Shown here: positions 31,651 to 52,870 of the stretch, in pieces
Numbering within the stretch: the first letter of the stretch is position 1
Layout: every line of letters begins with the position of its first letter
From: Macrostomum lignano
Taxonomy: Eukaryota
NCBI GenBank assembly: GCA_002269645.1
Contig: NIVC01000942.1
Coordinates: 124,001 to 188,000 of the forward strand
Direction: 5' to 3'
DNA length: 64,000 nucleotides
Notes under the pieces: model-generated
Told to the model about the DNA's origin: nothing
The model's database searches: none
What the model saw: the letters and a program-made list of their open reading frames with translations, nothing else
Position numbers and translations under genes: made by a program

Positions 31651-33131
31651 TCACGAGTTTTGCTTCGAGTACTAGTACCTCTGATAAGTTAGTTAGTAAT
31701 TGGAAAAACAGCAACAAGGCCTACTTAATTGAATTTGGGAGAAATTTCCCCGCAGGATAAGAAGTTCTCTCCCCTTTCACTAGCCGGGCCAAAGTGCCCC
31801 AGTGCCCCAGCTGATAAAGGCATCAAGATCTTACCTGCGGCAGAGGTGGTTACAGGTGATAAGCACGCGTTGCCTTTCTTAGAAACTGGAGCTTAAGGTA
31901 GGAATGGATTAGCAGGAAGGCAACAGTCGATAGATCCTGTGAGCGATTTGCTTCACGCGGATTAGCAGCTGGCGGCAGATGCCCTTCAGTCTGTCCGTCT
32001 GCAAATTTTGATAAGCCGGGCAGTGCTTGTTAGAGAAAGCGATAATTCAGCCGGGTCTCCGCTATCTCTCTCTCTCTCTCTCCCCCCGGGCTCCGCCAGA
32101 TCATCGCTTGATAAATCTTGACGGCCGAAGCGAAAAACCTTGTGGGGTGGCGGGCGGCGGTCGGTCGGGTCGGGAGCCTGGGTGATGGGGCGGAGAGGCT
32201 GAGGGGGGACACTCGGGAGGGGGCAGAGGGAGAGTGCGGCTTGCGGCTCGAGAGGCCGGCTGCGATTGGCTCCGCTCCCAGTTAATGATGAGGCGCCCGG
32301 AATCTGGGTGATCTGTGAATTGTTTGACCGAATGAGGCACTCAATATGAAATTGAAATTCAAGTAAAATGAGCGTCTGCTCACTGATCGCTGCTCCATTT
32401 CTGCTGAGCAACTTTCACGAGTTCAAATTTTTGAAGAAGCAAGCAGTTTTTATAGTTTAATTAATGATTAATCCTGCGGTAGTTTGAAGAACCAACAACC
32501 CCCCCCCGGTAAAACAATGCACCGAGTCTGCCACCAAGACACAACCAGCCCACGCAGTCCTCTGCACAGCGGGCAGTCAGATGATGCTGCTACTGATGAT
32601 GATGAATGCAGCCTCCCCGAGCAGGTTGCCACGGGAACCCAACCGGCCAGCCCGTTGAATTTCGGGATCCTAAATAAGCCCTGAAATCCGGTGTGGTTGT
32701 TAACCCCCCCCCCTCAGCAGCCCAGACAGCACGGAAGAAGAAGGGGTGCCACGCTGGAGAGGCCGCAATTGCAAGGTGCAAAAGCAAAGATTATTCTTTT
32801 GCCTCTTGTCTTTCTTTCTTCGTTATTTCTTTCTTTCCTTCTCTCCCCTGCGCTTGTGTTCAGCCCGACCTGTTTTGGAAGCCCCCGTAGCGCCTCCCTC
32901 CCGCTTCCCACTGAACCCCCGCCACTTTCGACAAGTTTTTGTTGCAGACTCTCCTGACTGCTTGTGCTGGCCGCTTCTGGTGCTGCTAAAGGTCTGGGAG
33001 GGTGCGAGCCTGCCTTGGCCTCGGCCTCCAGCCCCAGACTAATTAGCCAGTATGAAGCTGGGGTGGCAACACCATGAAACTGTACTGAACCCCCTGCGGA
33101 CTGCCTGCCTATCAAAGTCAATATTGTAGGC

Positions 33132-34142
<1,011 letters not shown>

Positions 34143-34707
34143 CTTGATAGATAGCTTGATAGCACAGATCGGAATCGCAGCCGCCACCGCAGTTAGCAGG
34201 CAGCCGCGGGCGGCTCTGCATGGCTGGCCGCGCATTCGTTAGTGTTTATGGCGCACAGCAATTGCATTTATTTTACTATACACGCGCCGCATTGTCTGGC
34301 GGGCAGCGGTGCCACACAGCAGGAACCCCAAGCCGCAGCCGTGATCCCACATTGACCATATTTCACCATCGCGCAGACCCACCCGCCCCCCGTGTTCGCC
34401 AGCTCAGATTCATCCGTCAGCGATAGAGAAGGGCTTGGCGGCAGCAACAGATCGCTTATCTCCTGCACTGCCTGGCATGGTCAGCGCAAACTGCCCGGTG
34501 CATTAAACCAGTTTACGGCTGTTTGGTAAAGTCGATTGCAGGTACTTGCTAACAGCTTGACACCTCTGTTCCCACCGCACTTCAGCTCTTGGTCTGATGT
34601 AATGAGTGGCAATATAGTCTGAGGGAAAGTTGCTATTTGCAAACTTTATTGATCGTTATTATAACTTTTTAAATGATTACTTTTTTACATTCCATCTTGA
34701 GATCTAT

Positions 34708-35077
<370 letters not shown>

Positions 35078-36169
35078 CAGGACCACAACAAAATCTTGCT
35101 AAATTTGACTCTAAATCTTCAAAAAATCATTCAAGCGCTGTGTGTCGTGTTTTCGTTCTCTATTGAAAAAATCTCCAGAATCCAAGCCAGCCCCTCATCA
35201 AGTCCCAAGACGCCATCCAGCCGGTGAAATGGCTGGCGGTAGCGCAGCTGCGCCTTCATCTGCTGGTACCTTGGCCTCAACAATAGCTCCATTTCACTAG
35301 CAGATAAATGTCAGCAATCCATGGCTAATCCAATGGAGCAACAGAGCTTTTGTTGGTTGTTTTTTTTACAATTTTATTTGGCCTTTTCAACCAGCCAGTC
35401 TCCACTACTCGGTTCACCCGGGTGGCTCCAACCAGGTCTTATACTGCCCGCATCGGCTCAGCCAAGGAGGTCTCGAGCTAAGGATCTGGATGAGCGATTT
35501 CACCCGAGAATTCCCCATTGTTTTCTGACCGAATGCAGCTGATGCGATGCGGCCGACTCTTGCAGACTCTCTAAATAAGCCTTCTTCTCTAGGAAAGATT
35601 TGCCAATCCAGATGTTTACTCAGCAATAATCTCCCCGGGCTAATCTCCCAATACGATGTGGGAATAATAACAATGCGCACTGCCTTCCCTCTCTCCCTCA
35701 GCCTGATGAAGAGCGGAGATCAGCTGCTCAGATCAGAAATCTCAGCGGTATTCTGAGCTCGAGTTCTCCGCGGCCGGGGGCTCCGCTGGCCCAAAGCTTG
35801 CAGGGATCCTGCAAGCATCCCCGATGCCAGCATCCCCACTCACCATCAAGATAAGGCCAGCCTGGCATTGCAAGGGGAAAATATCCCCCCCCCCCTCATT
35901 GCGATGCGCCACCCTGCAGAGGAGGCATCCGAGCCCGCTGCCTGCTCATGTCTGTCAAAAATATCCCCCAGCAGCAGCAGCAGCAGCAGCGGCAGTTTCC
36001 AAAAAATTCGCCTCTGCTACGACATTTATTTTTCTCCTTTTAAAAGCAGATTTCTCTCTTGGCCAGAAAGTTGATTGAAGCGCCAGATTAGCTGTGAAAG
36101 ACCCGAAGCTCTGGATTTTGGAATTTCTCTTAAAAAACTCCTTTATTGCCAATGCTGGGGCGATGCAAG

Positions 36170-36225
36170 TCTCGGGTCGCATGGTAGGGTTCAGGTGGAG
36201 GTCCCGGGTTCGATTCCGTGCGCTA
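36170..36225 (+). mobile_element. Possible tRNA-derived SINE head
   Basis: Pol III B-box GGTTCGATTCC at 36207-36217; the A-box is weak. Confidence 0.35.
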
Positions 36226-38065
36226 ATGAGCACCGACCCCCAAGACACAGAGAGTGTACATGCTTGACCATTAGACAGTCAAAGGGCCGCCGCTGTACAC
36301 CCTGCGTGAGCGTGTGCCCGGTGCTCGTATCGAGAGGCGGACTCGAACTCAAAAAGGTTGAGCCGTTCTTCGCGAAGCATCAAAAGATTTTGTCAAAGGA
36401 ATTCGCCAAAACTGCAAGCGCCGGACGACGAATAGCTTTTGTTTTGTTATAATCAGTGATTTAAGGGCTTTGGGGGCAGCGGACGAATTCAAAAGCAAAA
36501 AGAAGCTGCAGGCAAAGCATTCGGTTTGAAGGGCCCTGGCGAGACAGAGATTGCAATCTCACCTTTTTTTGCCGAAAGAAATGCGATCGGCCTTCGCCCC
36601 TGGCCCGCCGCCAGCCGCCAACAACAGAATTTTGAAAAAAATGAAGACGCAAAGAAGACAGGCGCCCAGAAGAAGAGGCAGCGGCCCCTTTGGCGTGCCA
36701 CCGAATGTCGATGCAAAATCTGATATTTGAAGATTCCCCCCCCCCGGTGTTCCCCGGGCGCGCGTGTCGGCGGGTGAATGATGGGGCGGTGAGATATTGT
36801 GTGGCGGTCCGCTGTTGCAGCCTCTGTGGACAATTTTTGCCGGTTTGTCTGCCTCCGGCGCAACTGAGATTTATGAGGCCGATGGCCAACTGCTCAGCTT
36901 GGGATTTTATTGGCCAGCAAAATGGGATCTGACGCAAGATTTTTGCAGAAGCGCAACAGACAGGAATATCTGTCCCGGGTTCGAGATTGCTTTTTGATTT
37001 CTGTTCGAATTCCTTCATTGGTTTTCTTTGTCCAGTTGCCACCGCCATGAAGATGGTTGCTTTTATCATGGACCCCTGACTTGACGGTATCAGGATTCAA
37101 GGACATTCAATAGACTGGTGAAATGGTGGACGCATTTCTTGGAAATGTTGCTGACACGTTTCTTGGAAATATTACAGGCACATTTCTCTAAATGGTACAG
37201 GCACATTTCTAGGAAATATTTGACACGTTTCTCAGAATAGTTTACAGGCACATTTCTTGGAAATGTCACAGGCGAATTTCTTAGAAATGATACAGGCACA
37301 TTTCTGCGACAGAACAGAACAGAACAGTTCTGTGACAGTTTGAAGACATTTGTGAAGATATCAAGAACACAATAGAATGGTGACATGGTGGACATATTTC
37401 TGGACAACTTCCAGGAAGCTTCTAAAAAGTGTCTTAAAAGTGGAAATTTCTTAGAACCGTCACAGAATTCTCAGAGAAATGCCAAGAAGTTGTTTAAAAA
37501 TGTTTCAGGCTTATTTCTAGGAAACGCCAAAGAAACGTTTCTTAGAAAAGTCTCATTATTTCGGACAAATCTTTTAAAAAATTTCTTGAATTTTTTGAAG
37601 AAAAAATAAATCGCTTGAAAGCCATTAAAAGGAAATAATAGCTTTCTGGCACTCATAAATTTACGCACTACAAAGAGAGGAAAGAAAGCGAGCTTCTTTA
37701 TATTATATTTGCTGTAATTCACAAAATTTAAGACAATTTTCTAACTGAAATCTTGTTATGAACAGAGCTCTCCGAGGTTCTGATTTTGGTAATTTTGAGT
37801 TATCAGCAGAGCTTAAAGAGAATAATCATATTGACAGGCCTTTTTAATCTAACTTAAATTCACACGACAGTGAAATAACTTTGCGTAGATCAATGAGTAG
37901 TATATTAGTGGCATTATTAACAAATAAGTTGAGTTCATTATCGACCAAAGCACTGATTTTGAAGCTTTTAAAATAAAGATACTCACTATTCACTATTTGG
38001 ACATTATAAAAAAATCTCGCCGACAAAGCATGTCTTCAGTCATCAGAGCAGAGAAAGGCCGTCCA

Positions 38066-44097
<6,032 letters not shown>

Positions 44098-45187
44098 CAG
44101 CAATCGAACAAGTCAGTCTGGAATCGCAATCAAGTTTCCGATTGATTAATCATGTTTAAATGCCAATTAGGTCAAGCATACGACTGGTAAAATAACAGCA
44201 CGAGCGTATGCACACTTGCTCTCGAGAATTTAATAAGCAGACTAACAGACAGGGTTAAAGTTCAGCCCCAGCTTCTGTTCAATTCTGGGGCCTTGACAGC
44301 TAAAATTAGGTCATGCAATCAGTTTATTAAAGATAGAAGAACTTTACACAAAATGCCATAAAATTTCTTTGTAATTTTTTTATAATCACAGGCTGATGCA
44401 CAGAAACATGAATTCCAGAAGACGACTTGGTCAAAAAGCATAATTATTCATGTTATCAAATTGTCTGTATAGAGCAACTAGCAACTAGATATTTAACTAG
44501 TTTTACTGACGTATTTTGCCCCTGTAGAATAGAAAGCCAACATTGCTTTGAGTGCAGATTGGTGATCTAGTGACATTTCATCACATTTTTTAAATTAAAG
44601 GGATTTTTCGAATTCTTAAGATTAAAATATTACTATTCGTAAATTACTTCACAGATGCAAGTGCAGCTTTACTGTCAAGCATTGTTTTGCTTTCTAAGGC
44701 GCTATCAGAACTAAAAAATCCTGATATATAAAGATGCATAAATAATTTTAAAAAGTATGACAGTGAATTTTCACAAAAAGGCTAGCCGCCTAACTCCTTA
44801 TAGACCTCGAAACCCGTGCTCCTCCAGGCCCTAACAAAATCTCTTGTTTTTGTCACAACGGCAATGTTTTTCTTTTTCAAGTTTCTTAATTGTAAGCTGT
44901 TGAAAATAATTCCTACATAACAGCAAAAAGTTAGAAGAGACGAGACGATCCTAGTGACCTAGTCATGTAAAATATTTTGGTAAAAAATATTCAAAAATAC
45001 GTGGAATCCATTATTCCATTGTTTTTATTGAAAAAAGCGAAACAACCGAAAACATAGACTACTTGGAGAAATTTTGCTTTAAGCGAACTAAATTTATCTC
45101 TTCTTAAAACTTATTATTTGAACGTTTTAAATGACTGCAAGCATAGGATTACCTTAGTACTTATCTTGAGCGAAGCAACTAATTTAC

Positions 45188-45225
<38 letters not shown>

Positions 45226-45519
45226 AGTTGGCTCAGGCAAGAAGCCTGTTTGGCCAATATATTTCTATGTATTTAAGATTGCTTCAGGAATAGGAGACAA
45301 TATTTTAGCACTAGTTATTTAATTATGATTAGTACGAGTTTTGCAAAATGGTATTTGAAAGAACGCGGAAAAGTTATTAACGATACTTGGACGACTAACG
45401 AAGCGAAAGAAAAAGCAAGGAGTTAAAAAAAGTATTGCAGTTAATAAAAGTAAAAACGAAAGAAAAATGAACAAAAACGAAGCAAAAATTTGAACTAATT
45501 CGAATATAGGGAGCGATGG

Positions 45520-45533
45520 ATTGCCATGGCAAA
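45520..45533. promoter_or_regulatory. Candidate RFX X-box in the divergent CFAP91/GTF2H5 promoter region
   Basis: ATTGCCATGGCAAA matches 12 of 14 positions of the palindromic GTTGCCATGGCAAC; CFAP91 is a ciliary gene. Confidence 0.4.
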
Positions 45534-45971
45534 TTACAAAACGCTAAATATTGAAAAGAAAACAATTTTAAAAAACATTTAAAATTAAATCTCTTTATCT
45601 TTTAAGATACAAATAGTTTTGTCAAGAATTACTGTAGCTGTTTTGTTTTTTCTAGCTATAAATTTTTAAATATGCGTCTTCGTCGAAAGTTATAAATATA
45701 GCTCTAAAAACCGTTCGTCGTTGGTCCAGTCGGTTGGAGGATTAGCTGCTTGAATAAAAATTAAGTAGCCTATTCATTATTAGTACTAGAATCAATGTGT
45801 TTATCGAAGTTGCAGTATTCAGGTATACAGTAAATATAATTAATAGTGTCGCTTTTATTTCCACCGAAAACAACTAATTCATAAAAGTATCAAAGTTTTT
45901 CCTGTAAATAATATTTTTTGCTTGACATTTGATTTTGTTCCCCTTTTATAAACAATATTATCAGCAAAATA

Positions 45972-48407
45972 ATGGTCAACTATGTTAAAGGAACTCTAGT
46001 AAAATGGTAAGCAAGATAGATTCCTGACAGTAAGCCAAATGTCAATAAATATCAATTAACAATGATTAAAAAATATGCTATTTATAAGCTGTAAATTTTA
46101 ATGTAAATTTGAGCTACACTGGAATGAATTGAGTCACATTATAATATATGGTATATAGTCTTATTAAAATATTGCAAATCTGAAAAAAATATAGTGCTAC
46201 TAGTTATTAGCATTAGTAACTTGAAAATATTATATTTACTAATTGGGAACTTTTTGGCTATCCTGCAGAATGGTTCATTATATTTACTGTACAAATATTT
46301 TTTTTAGCTATTGACATGAAACTTTCCAAAAATAAATATTTTCATTATGCCAACATTTTAGAAGTGTTTTGGCATTAAAATTCCATTTGTGGAGGGTTAC
46401 AATTTAACTTTTATTGTAATTTCTAGGTTTTTCCCAGTTTTTTTTCAAATTTCAACCACTATTATGCAATTTTGAATTTTGTGTGCTGATGTCACTGGCA
46501 AAAAATGTGTCTATGGCCAAAATTAGCTATAAACTCTAGGGATATTATTGAGATAGAAATATATATTGTATTTAATATTTTTATATAAAAATTACCATAG
46601 TTTTTTCCATTTAAAGCATGGAAAGGTATTCTAAGACAATCAAGTTGAAGCTATATCCTTATTTTGTTAATTCTATTTATTTAGCAATTTGTTGAAATGA
46701 TCAATCTTTTCTTGTTTATTGCTAATGCCTTTTATCCAAGTGACTAATAGCTAACCTAAATACCAAGTTGCGGATGGTATGCATATACGCCGGAACTTTT
46801 CTGGCATACAAAATGGCCACAATTGGTGTACACAACCCCTGGCAAACTTTGTTGGCATACACTATTGGCGTACACAAGTAACATAGCCACACATACTTTT
46901 TCGGCGTACAAATTTTGATGAATAAATTCATGCTATGCATGAAAATTGTAATGTAAATTACATTTTTATGTAAAGTAACAGATTCATATCATTATTGATA
47001 AAATTTTGCTTCTTTTGAAATTAACAATAAATAAAATTAGTGTGAATTTTTGCTAAGAGTATCAATTTTGCATCATATTTTTGTAGGTATAATTTAAGTT
47101 TGTTTAAATTTAAAATATTTATAATATTTTAAAAACACTTTTCATACAAAAGCCTTTCTTAGAAAACTCTAGTCATGAACACTGAAAACTGTATTACCTT
47201 TTTAGGAATTTTTGGCGTACATTTTAGTGCAACATTTTGTTTTTGGCATACATTGGTATACAAAGTCCTTGACACCTAAATTTGGTCTGGCATACACGGA
47301 TACATGATCCTCACACTGGCCTAAATATGTAAAAAATGAAAGTATCATTTTATATACATAATGATATACAAAAATAATACTATAAAAATGGTGAACAGAT
47401 AAATGTTTGCACTTTTTTATTATTTTTTATTCTACCATTTTTGTAGAAATGAGCTTCTTTAAAGGATCATAAAAATTGTATATGTATCAAGGTTCCTCAA
47501 CCAAAAAGTTACATATTGGAGACATCCAACTTTCTATTTGGATACTAATTTTGCTGCTCAGGTTTAGATTTAGCAAGTATATCTAATTATTGAAGAGTAT
47601 AAATAAAATTAAAGTTATGTTATTATATTGTATTAATTTTCTATATTTATATATAATAGTATTATAAATAAAAATGTTAATTATTGACCACATAGGTTAA
47701 AAAATGCAAAAATACAATAAAATGGCAACATTTCTACCCTTGAATTTACTTTGTTAAGTCTCTCTTACCCATATAAATCATCAACTATAGACTTCATATT
47801 TATAGAGTGCTCAAAAATAACAATTTATATAGAAGTCCTAAAGTTGCAAGAATCCAAATAATTATCTATTTTTTATACTTTATATGAAATATAAAATAAA
47901 ATAAAATATGGAAATTAAGTAAATGGCATTTAGCTTAGAAAAAACTAAGTGCACAAAATCAGAATGTCAGAAATAGCTTAAATACCATTGTTATAATACA
48001 AAAATCATAGCATGTTTTGTTGACTAAGATTAGGCCTGTCATTTAAGAACTTGTTTGTCCAATTGTTATTATATAATAAAATTATTGTCTTATAGATGAA
48101 AAAATTGATCCTAATTAGACAGTCAGTACTTTTTTAAATTTATGCTATGTAGCAAGTAAAAGTATGGTAATTTCCTATACCAAATTTGACCAGTCACTGT
48201 CAAATTTCTCACTGTTTTAGTGACCCAGCAATGAAGCAACTCCTGTTGCACTTGTCTGAGTCTCACGCGCTTGGCAAAGCCTTTGTTGTTGCCGACCTGG
48301 ATGAGGAGCACCTGTTTGTTGAGACGGCTATGGTTGATAAGATCAAAGAGAAGCTGGCGTCCGAGATGGACCGGATTTCTTACACTCCATCGAGTGTTTA
48401 TGAATGA
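45972..48407 (+). CDS. GTF2H5: TFIIH subunit 5 (TFB5/TTDA), 2 exons, 73 aa
   Basis: Exon 45972-46006 (MVNYVKGTLVK-C) and exon 48221-48407 (DPAMKQLLLHLSESHALGKAFVVADLDEEHLFV). The phase-2 intron falls in the Cys codon of the conserved CDPAMKQ motif. Confidence 0.93.
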
Positions 48408-48739
48408 ATGACTTTGTTATTGATGAAAAAACTGTTGTAAAGTGATTTCATTCTGTACTCATATTTGCTTCTAATGTTGCATTTGCATTTCGGTGTGTGT
48501 AAAAAATGATTTAGAGATCAAATAACCCTTTGCCATTGGACTCTGCTTATTTCTTATACACCTAGATATATGCCTAGAAAGAATAATAGCAGGGACAGAG
48601 GCGCCTAGTCTGTATAGGGGGCTCCGGACACACCTGATGCAGAGGCATTGCCACATGTTATGGCAGGAGAGGGAGGCTGAAAAGTTACACAAGTTTTAGC
48701 GCGAACAGCAACCCTTTTAGCTCTTGCTCTGGCCCTCTT

Positions 48740-49445
48740 TTTGACGCCCCTTGGCACTCATTTGAAACCCCTGGCATTCCGTTTTGGCGCCCCCATGGCA
48801 CTCATTTGAAACCCCTGGCATTCCGTTTTGGCGCCCCTTTGGCACTCATTTTGGCGCCCCCTTGGCACTCCGTTTTGGCGCCCCTTTGGCACTCATTTTG
48901 GCGCCCCCTTGGCACTCCGTTTTTGCGCCTCCTTGGAACTCATTTTGGCGCCCCATCGGCACTCATTTGGCGCCCCATCGGCACTCATTTTGGCGCCCCT
49001 TGGCACTCATTTTGGCGCCCCTTTGGCACTTATTTGGCGCCCTATCGGCACTCATTTGGCGCCCCATCGGCACTCATTTTGGCGCTCCCTTGGCACTCAT
49101 TTGGCGCCCTATCGGCACTCATTTGGCGCCCCTTGGCACTCATTTTGGCGCCCCCTTGGCACTCATTTGGCGCCCCATCGGCACTCATTTGGCGCCCCTT
49201 GGCACTCATTTGGCGCCCCCTTGGCACTCATTTGGCGCCCCCTTGGCACTCATTTGGCGCCCCTGGCACTCATTTGGCGCCCCTTTGGCACTCATTTGGC
49301 GCCCCTTGGCACTCATTTGGCGCCCCTTGGCACTCATTTGGCGCCCCTTTGGCACTCATTTGGCGCCCCCTTGGCACTCATTTGGCGCCCCTGGCACTCA
49401 TTTGGCGCCCCTTTGGCACTCATTTGGCGCCCCTTGGCCTTCTTG
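48740..49445. repeat. Minisatellite of about 21 bp between GTF2H5 and NTAN1
   Basis: Unit TTGGCACTCATTTGGCGCCCC. Confidence 0.95.
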
Positions 49446-49615
49446 GCGTCTCCGAGAGAAAGACGGTCAATTTTTTCTGTGTTACAATGCTTGATAAACT
49501 TCATAAACACGTGGCGCAAAAATGAAAAATAAAAATAGAATCCCAAATATTGCAATAACAGAATCCCTAATCTTTCAAAAACATCTTCAAAATCTTCAGC
49601 AGCAGCAGCAGCTAA

Positions 49616-51791
49616 ATGGTTGTCTACCTGGACTCGAACAGCCGTCCACTGTCCAGCACGGATCTGTCCAGTCCTAAGTCGGCCCTGTCCACCGTCCTGT
49701 CCTGTCCGGCGCTTGCCCAATCGGCGCTCCGCTTGGTGTCGACGCCGCCGATTCAGGCTGGGCCGGCCGGCCTGCTCTACCTGCACCAGCGCGAGTGCGC
49801 CTTCGTCCGCCGGACAGATCCGGCCGTCCAGCTGCTGGCCTCGGACGATGCCACCACCTGTCATTTGGTTGCCGTGCGAAATCCGGCCACGGGCGACACC
49901 CTGCTGTGCCACTTTGATGGCGCCGGCGCCAGCAGTCTTGTCTTCATTGTCGATGAGCGCTTCTGCGGCTCCGGCAGCAGCGGCTCGGTCGAACTGGACC
50001 TGCACCTGGTCGGCGGCTTCCCCGACTCCCGTGGCGAGTCCGCTTCGCTCACCCAAGAACTGCTGCAGGCTTTTCGTCGCTCCCGGCTTCGCTTCCGGTT
50101 GCGCACCGCCTGCTTGGCGCCGAGTAATGGCGCCAGGCGCGGCGCGGACAACCTCGTGTATCCGGTGATCACTGGGCTGGTGATGTCCGTTGCCGATGGC
50201 TCGCTGACGCCCGCCAAGGTGCCGCTGCCTGTCCGAGGGCCCTGGCAGGCGTTGCGCGGACTGCGGTTTCTGAGCCGCGAGGAAGTCGTGTTTGAGGTCT
50301 GTCGGCAGAGTGGAACTCTGGTTGGGGCTTGGCGTCGTCTGTTTGTTAGAGTTTGTCGTGAGAGCAGCTATTCTGAAATCCTTGAATAGTTGCTACTTGA
50401 ATGTGAGGATATCCATTTTCAGTTCGTTTAAAAAATCGTCTCAGAATTCCTCTGAAATTCACCTCGGAATTCTTCTGAAATTCACCTCGGAATTCTTCTG
50501 AAATTCACCTCGGAATTCTTCTGAAATTCACCTCGGAATTCTTCTGAAATTCACCTCGGAATTCTTCTGAAATTCACCTCGGAATTCTTCTGAAATTCAC
50601 CTCGGAATTCTTCTGAAATTCACCTCGGAATTCTTCTGAAATTCACCTCGGAATTCTTCTGAAATTCACCTCGGAATTCTTCTGAAATTCACCTCGGAAT
50701 TCTTCTGAAATTCACCTCGGAATTCTTTTGAAATTCACCTCGGAATTCTTCTGAAATTCGCCTCAGAATTCTTCTGAAATTCGCCTCGGAATTCTTCTGA
50801 AATTCGCCTCAGAATTCTTCTGAAATTCGCCTCAGAATTCTTCTGAAATTCGCCTCGGAATTCTTCTGAAATTCGCCTCAGAATTCTTCTGAAATTCACC
50901 TCGGGATTCTTCTGAAATTCGCCTCGGAATTCTTCTGAAATTCGCCTCAGAATTCATCTGAAATTCACCTCAGAATTCTTTAGAAATTCACCTCGAAATT
51001 CTTCTGAAATTCACCTCGGAATTCTTCTGAAATTCACCTCAGAATTCTTTAGAAATTCACCTCGGAATTCTTCTGAAATTCACCTCGGAATTCTTCTGAA
51101 ATTCACCTCGGAATTCTTCTGAAATTCGCCTCAATTCATCTGAGATTCGCCTCAGAATTCATCTGAGATTCGCCTCAGAATTCATCTGAAATTTGCCTCA
51201 GAATTCATCTGAGATTCGCCTCAGAATTCATCTGAGATTTGCCTCAGAATTCATCTGAGATTTGCCTCAGAATTCATCTGAAATTTGCCTCAGAATTCAT
51301 CTGAAATTTGCCTCAGAATTCATCTGAAATTTGCCTCAGAATTCATCTGAGATTTGCCTCAGAATTCATCTGAAATTTGCCTCAGAATTCATCTGAGATT
51401 CGCCTCAGAATTCATCTGAAATTCGCTTCTAACTTTTAACTGCCAGTGAATGTGCTGAGAAGCCCAATTGCTAACTTATTGCACAATGCCTCAGGTGTAC
51501 GATCCAGACAGTCACTGCCTGGTGCTGCGACCCTTTGACTACAGCGGCAGCCAGATATTCGACGCTTATGCGGACGCGCCTGATTCGGCCTTGGCTAAAT
51601 TGTCAACTTCGCCGCGTCAAGAGCCGCCACACTTTGTTGCCAACCTGCGCCAGGCGCTGCGATTCGGCCGAGCTAACAAGCGGCCGGCTCGGCAGGTGTT
51701 TCATCTGGGAGACATTGTTGAACGGCCGCTGCCTGGCGGCCTGTGGCAGCACGGAGCTGGGGCTGCGGAGTCCGACTTGAAGACTGCATGA
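49616..51791 (+). CDS. NTAN1: Protein N-terminal asparagine amidohydrolase, 2 exons, 325 aa
   Basis: Exons 49616-50296 and 51495-51791 (phase 0). Motifs: LLYLHQRE, ASDDATTCH, CHFDG, LHLVGGF, RGP, LSTSPRQEPPHFV. Confidence 0.93.
50445..51425. repeat. 23-bp minisatellite filling the NTAN1 intron
   Basis: Unit GAATTCTTCTGAAATTCACCTCG. Confidence 0.96.
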
Positions 51792-51809
51792 TCCAGGACT
51801 GCCGACCGT

Positions 51810-52870
51810 CTGTGCTGAGGGTCCTGAGGGGGAGTAGCGGCAGTGTGCTGAGGGTCCTGAGGGGAGGGGGGGGTAGCGGCAGTGTGCTGAGGGTCCTGAG
51901 GGGAGGGGGGGTAGCGGCAGTGTTCTGAGGTTCCTGAGGGGAGGGGGGTAGCGGCAGTGTGCTGAGGGTCCTGAGGGGGGGTAGCGGCAGTGTGCTGAGG
52001 GAGTAGCGGAAGTGTGCTGAGGGTCCTGAGGGGAGGGGGGGTAGCGGCAGTGTGCTGAGGGTCCTGATGGGGAGTAGCGACAGTGTGCTGAGGGTCCTGA
52101 GGGGGGGAGTAGCAGCTGTGTGCTGAGGGTCCTGATGGGGAGTAGCGGCAGTGTGCTGAGGGTCCTGAGGAGGGGTAGCGGCAGTTTGCCGAGGGTCCTG
52201 AGGAGGGGTAGCGGCAGTTTGCCGAGGGTCCTGAGGGTGAGTAGCGGCAGTGTGCTGAGGGTCCTGAGGAGGGGTAGCGGCAGTTTGCGGGTTGCCGAGG
52301 GTCCTGAGGAGGAGTAGCGGCAGTGTGCTGAGGGTCCTGAGGGTGAGTAGCGGCAGTTTGCCGAGGGTCCTGAGGAGGGGTAGCGGCAGTTTGCCGAGGG
52401 TCCTGAGGGTGAGTAGCGGCAGTGTGCTGAGGGTCCTGAGGAGGGGTAGCGGCAGTTTGCGGGTTGCCGAGGGTCCTGAGGAGGAGTAGCGGCAGTGTGC
52501 TGAGGGTCCTGAGGGTGAGTAGCGGCAGTGTGCTGAGGGTCCTGAGGAGGGAGTAGCGGCAGTGTGCTGAGGGTCCTTGGGGAGTAGCGGCAGTGTGCTG
52601 AGGGTCCTGAGGGGGTAGCGGCAGTGTGCTGAGGGTCCTGAGGGAGTAGCGGCAGTGTGCTGAGGGTCCTGAGGGAGTAGCGGCAGTGTGCTGAGGGTCC
52701 TGAGGGAGTAGCGGCAGTGTGCTGAGGAAGTAGCGGCAGTGTGCTGAGGGTCCTGAGGGAGTAGCGGCAGTGTGCTGAGGGTCCTGAGAGGGGGGTAGCG
52801 GCAGTGTGCTGAGGGTCCTGAGGGGGGAGTAGCGGCAGTGTGCTGAGGGTCCTGAGGGGGGAGCTGCAGT
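51810..52870. repeat. G-rich minisatellite of about 30 bp just after the NTAN1 stop
   Basis: Unit GAGTAGCGGCAGTGTGCTGAGGGTCCTGAGG. Confidence 0.95.

Noticed and set aside
45188-45480. Possible 3' end of a non-LTR retrotransposon with an (ACT)n tail
   Set aside because: Only the short microsatellite supports it; no recognisable reverse-transcriptase remnant.
48784-49532. Three overlapping ORFs of about 235 aa (APLALIW repeats)
   Set aside because: A 21-bp minisatellite open in all frames.
49334-50217. Antisense ORFs over NTAN1 (likewise over CFAP91 and GATA exons)
   Set aside because: Shadow ORFs caused by GC-rich codon usage on the coding strand.
50445-51425. Regular repeats with partly palindromic units suggesting a CRISPR array (also 54190-55425, 56565-57440)
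   Set aside because: Head-to-tail units without unique spacers, no cas genes, and a eukaryotic intron context.
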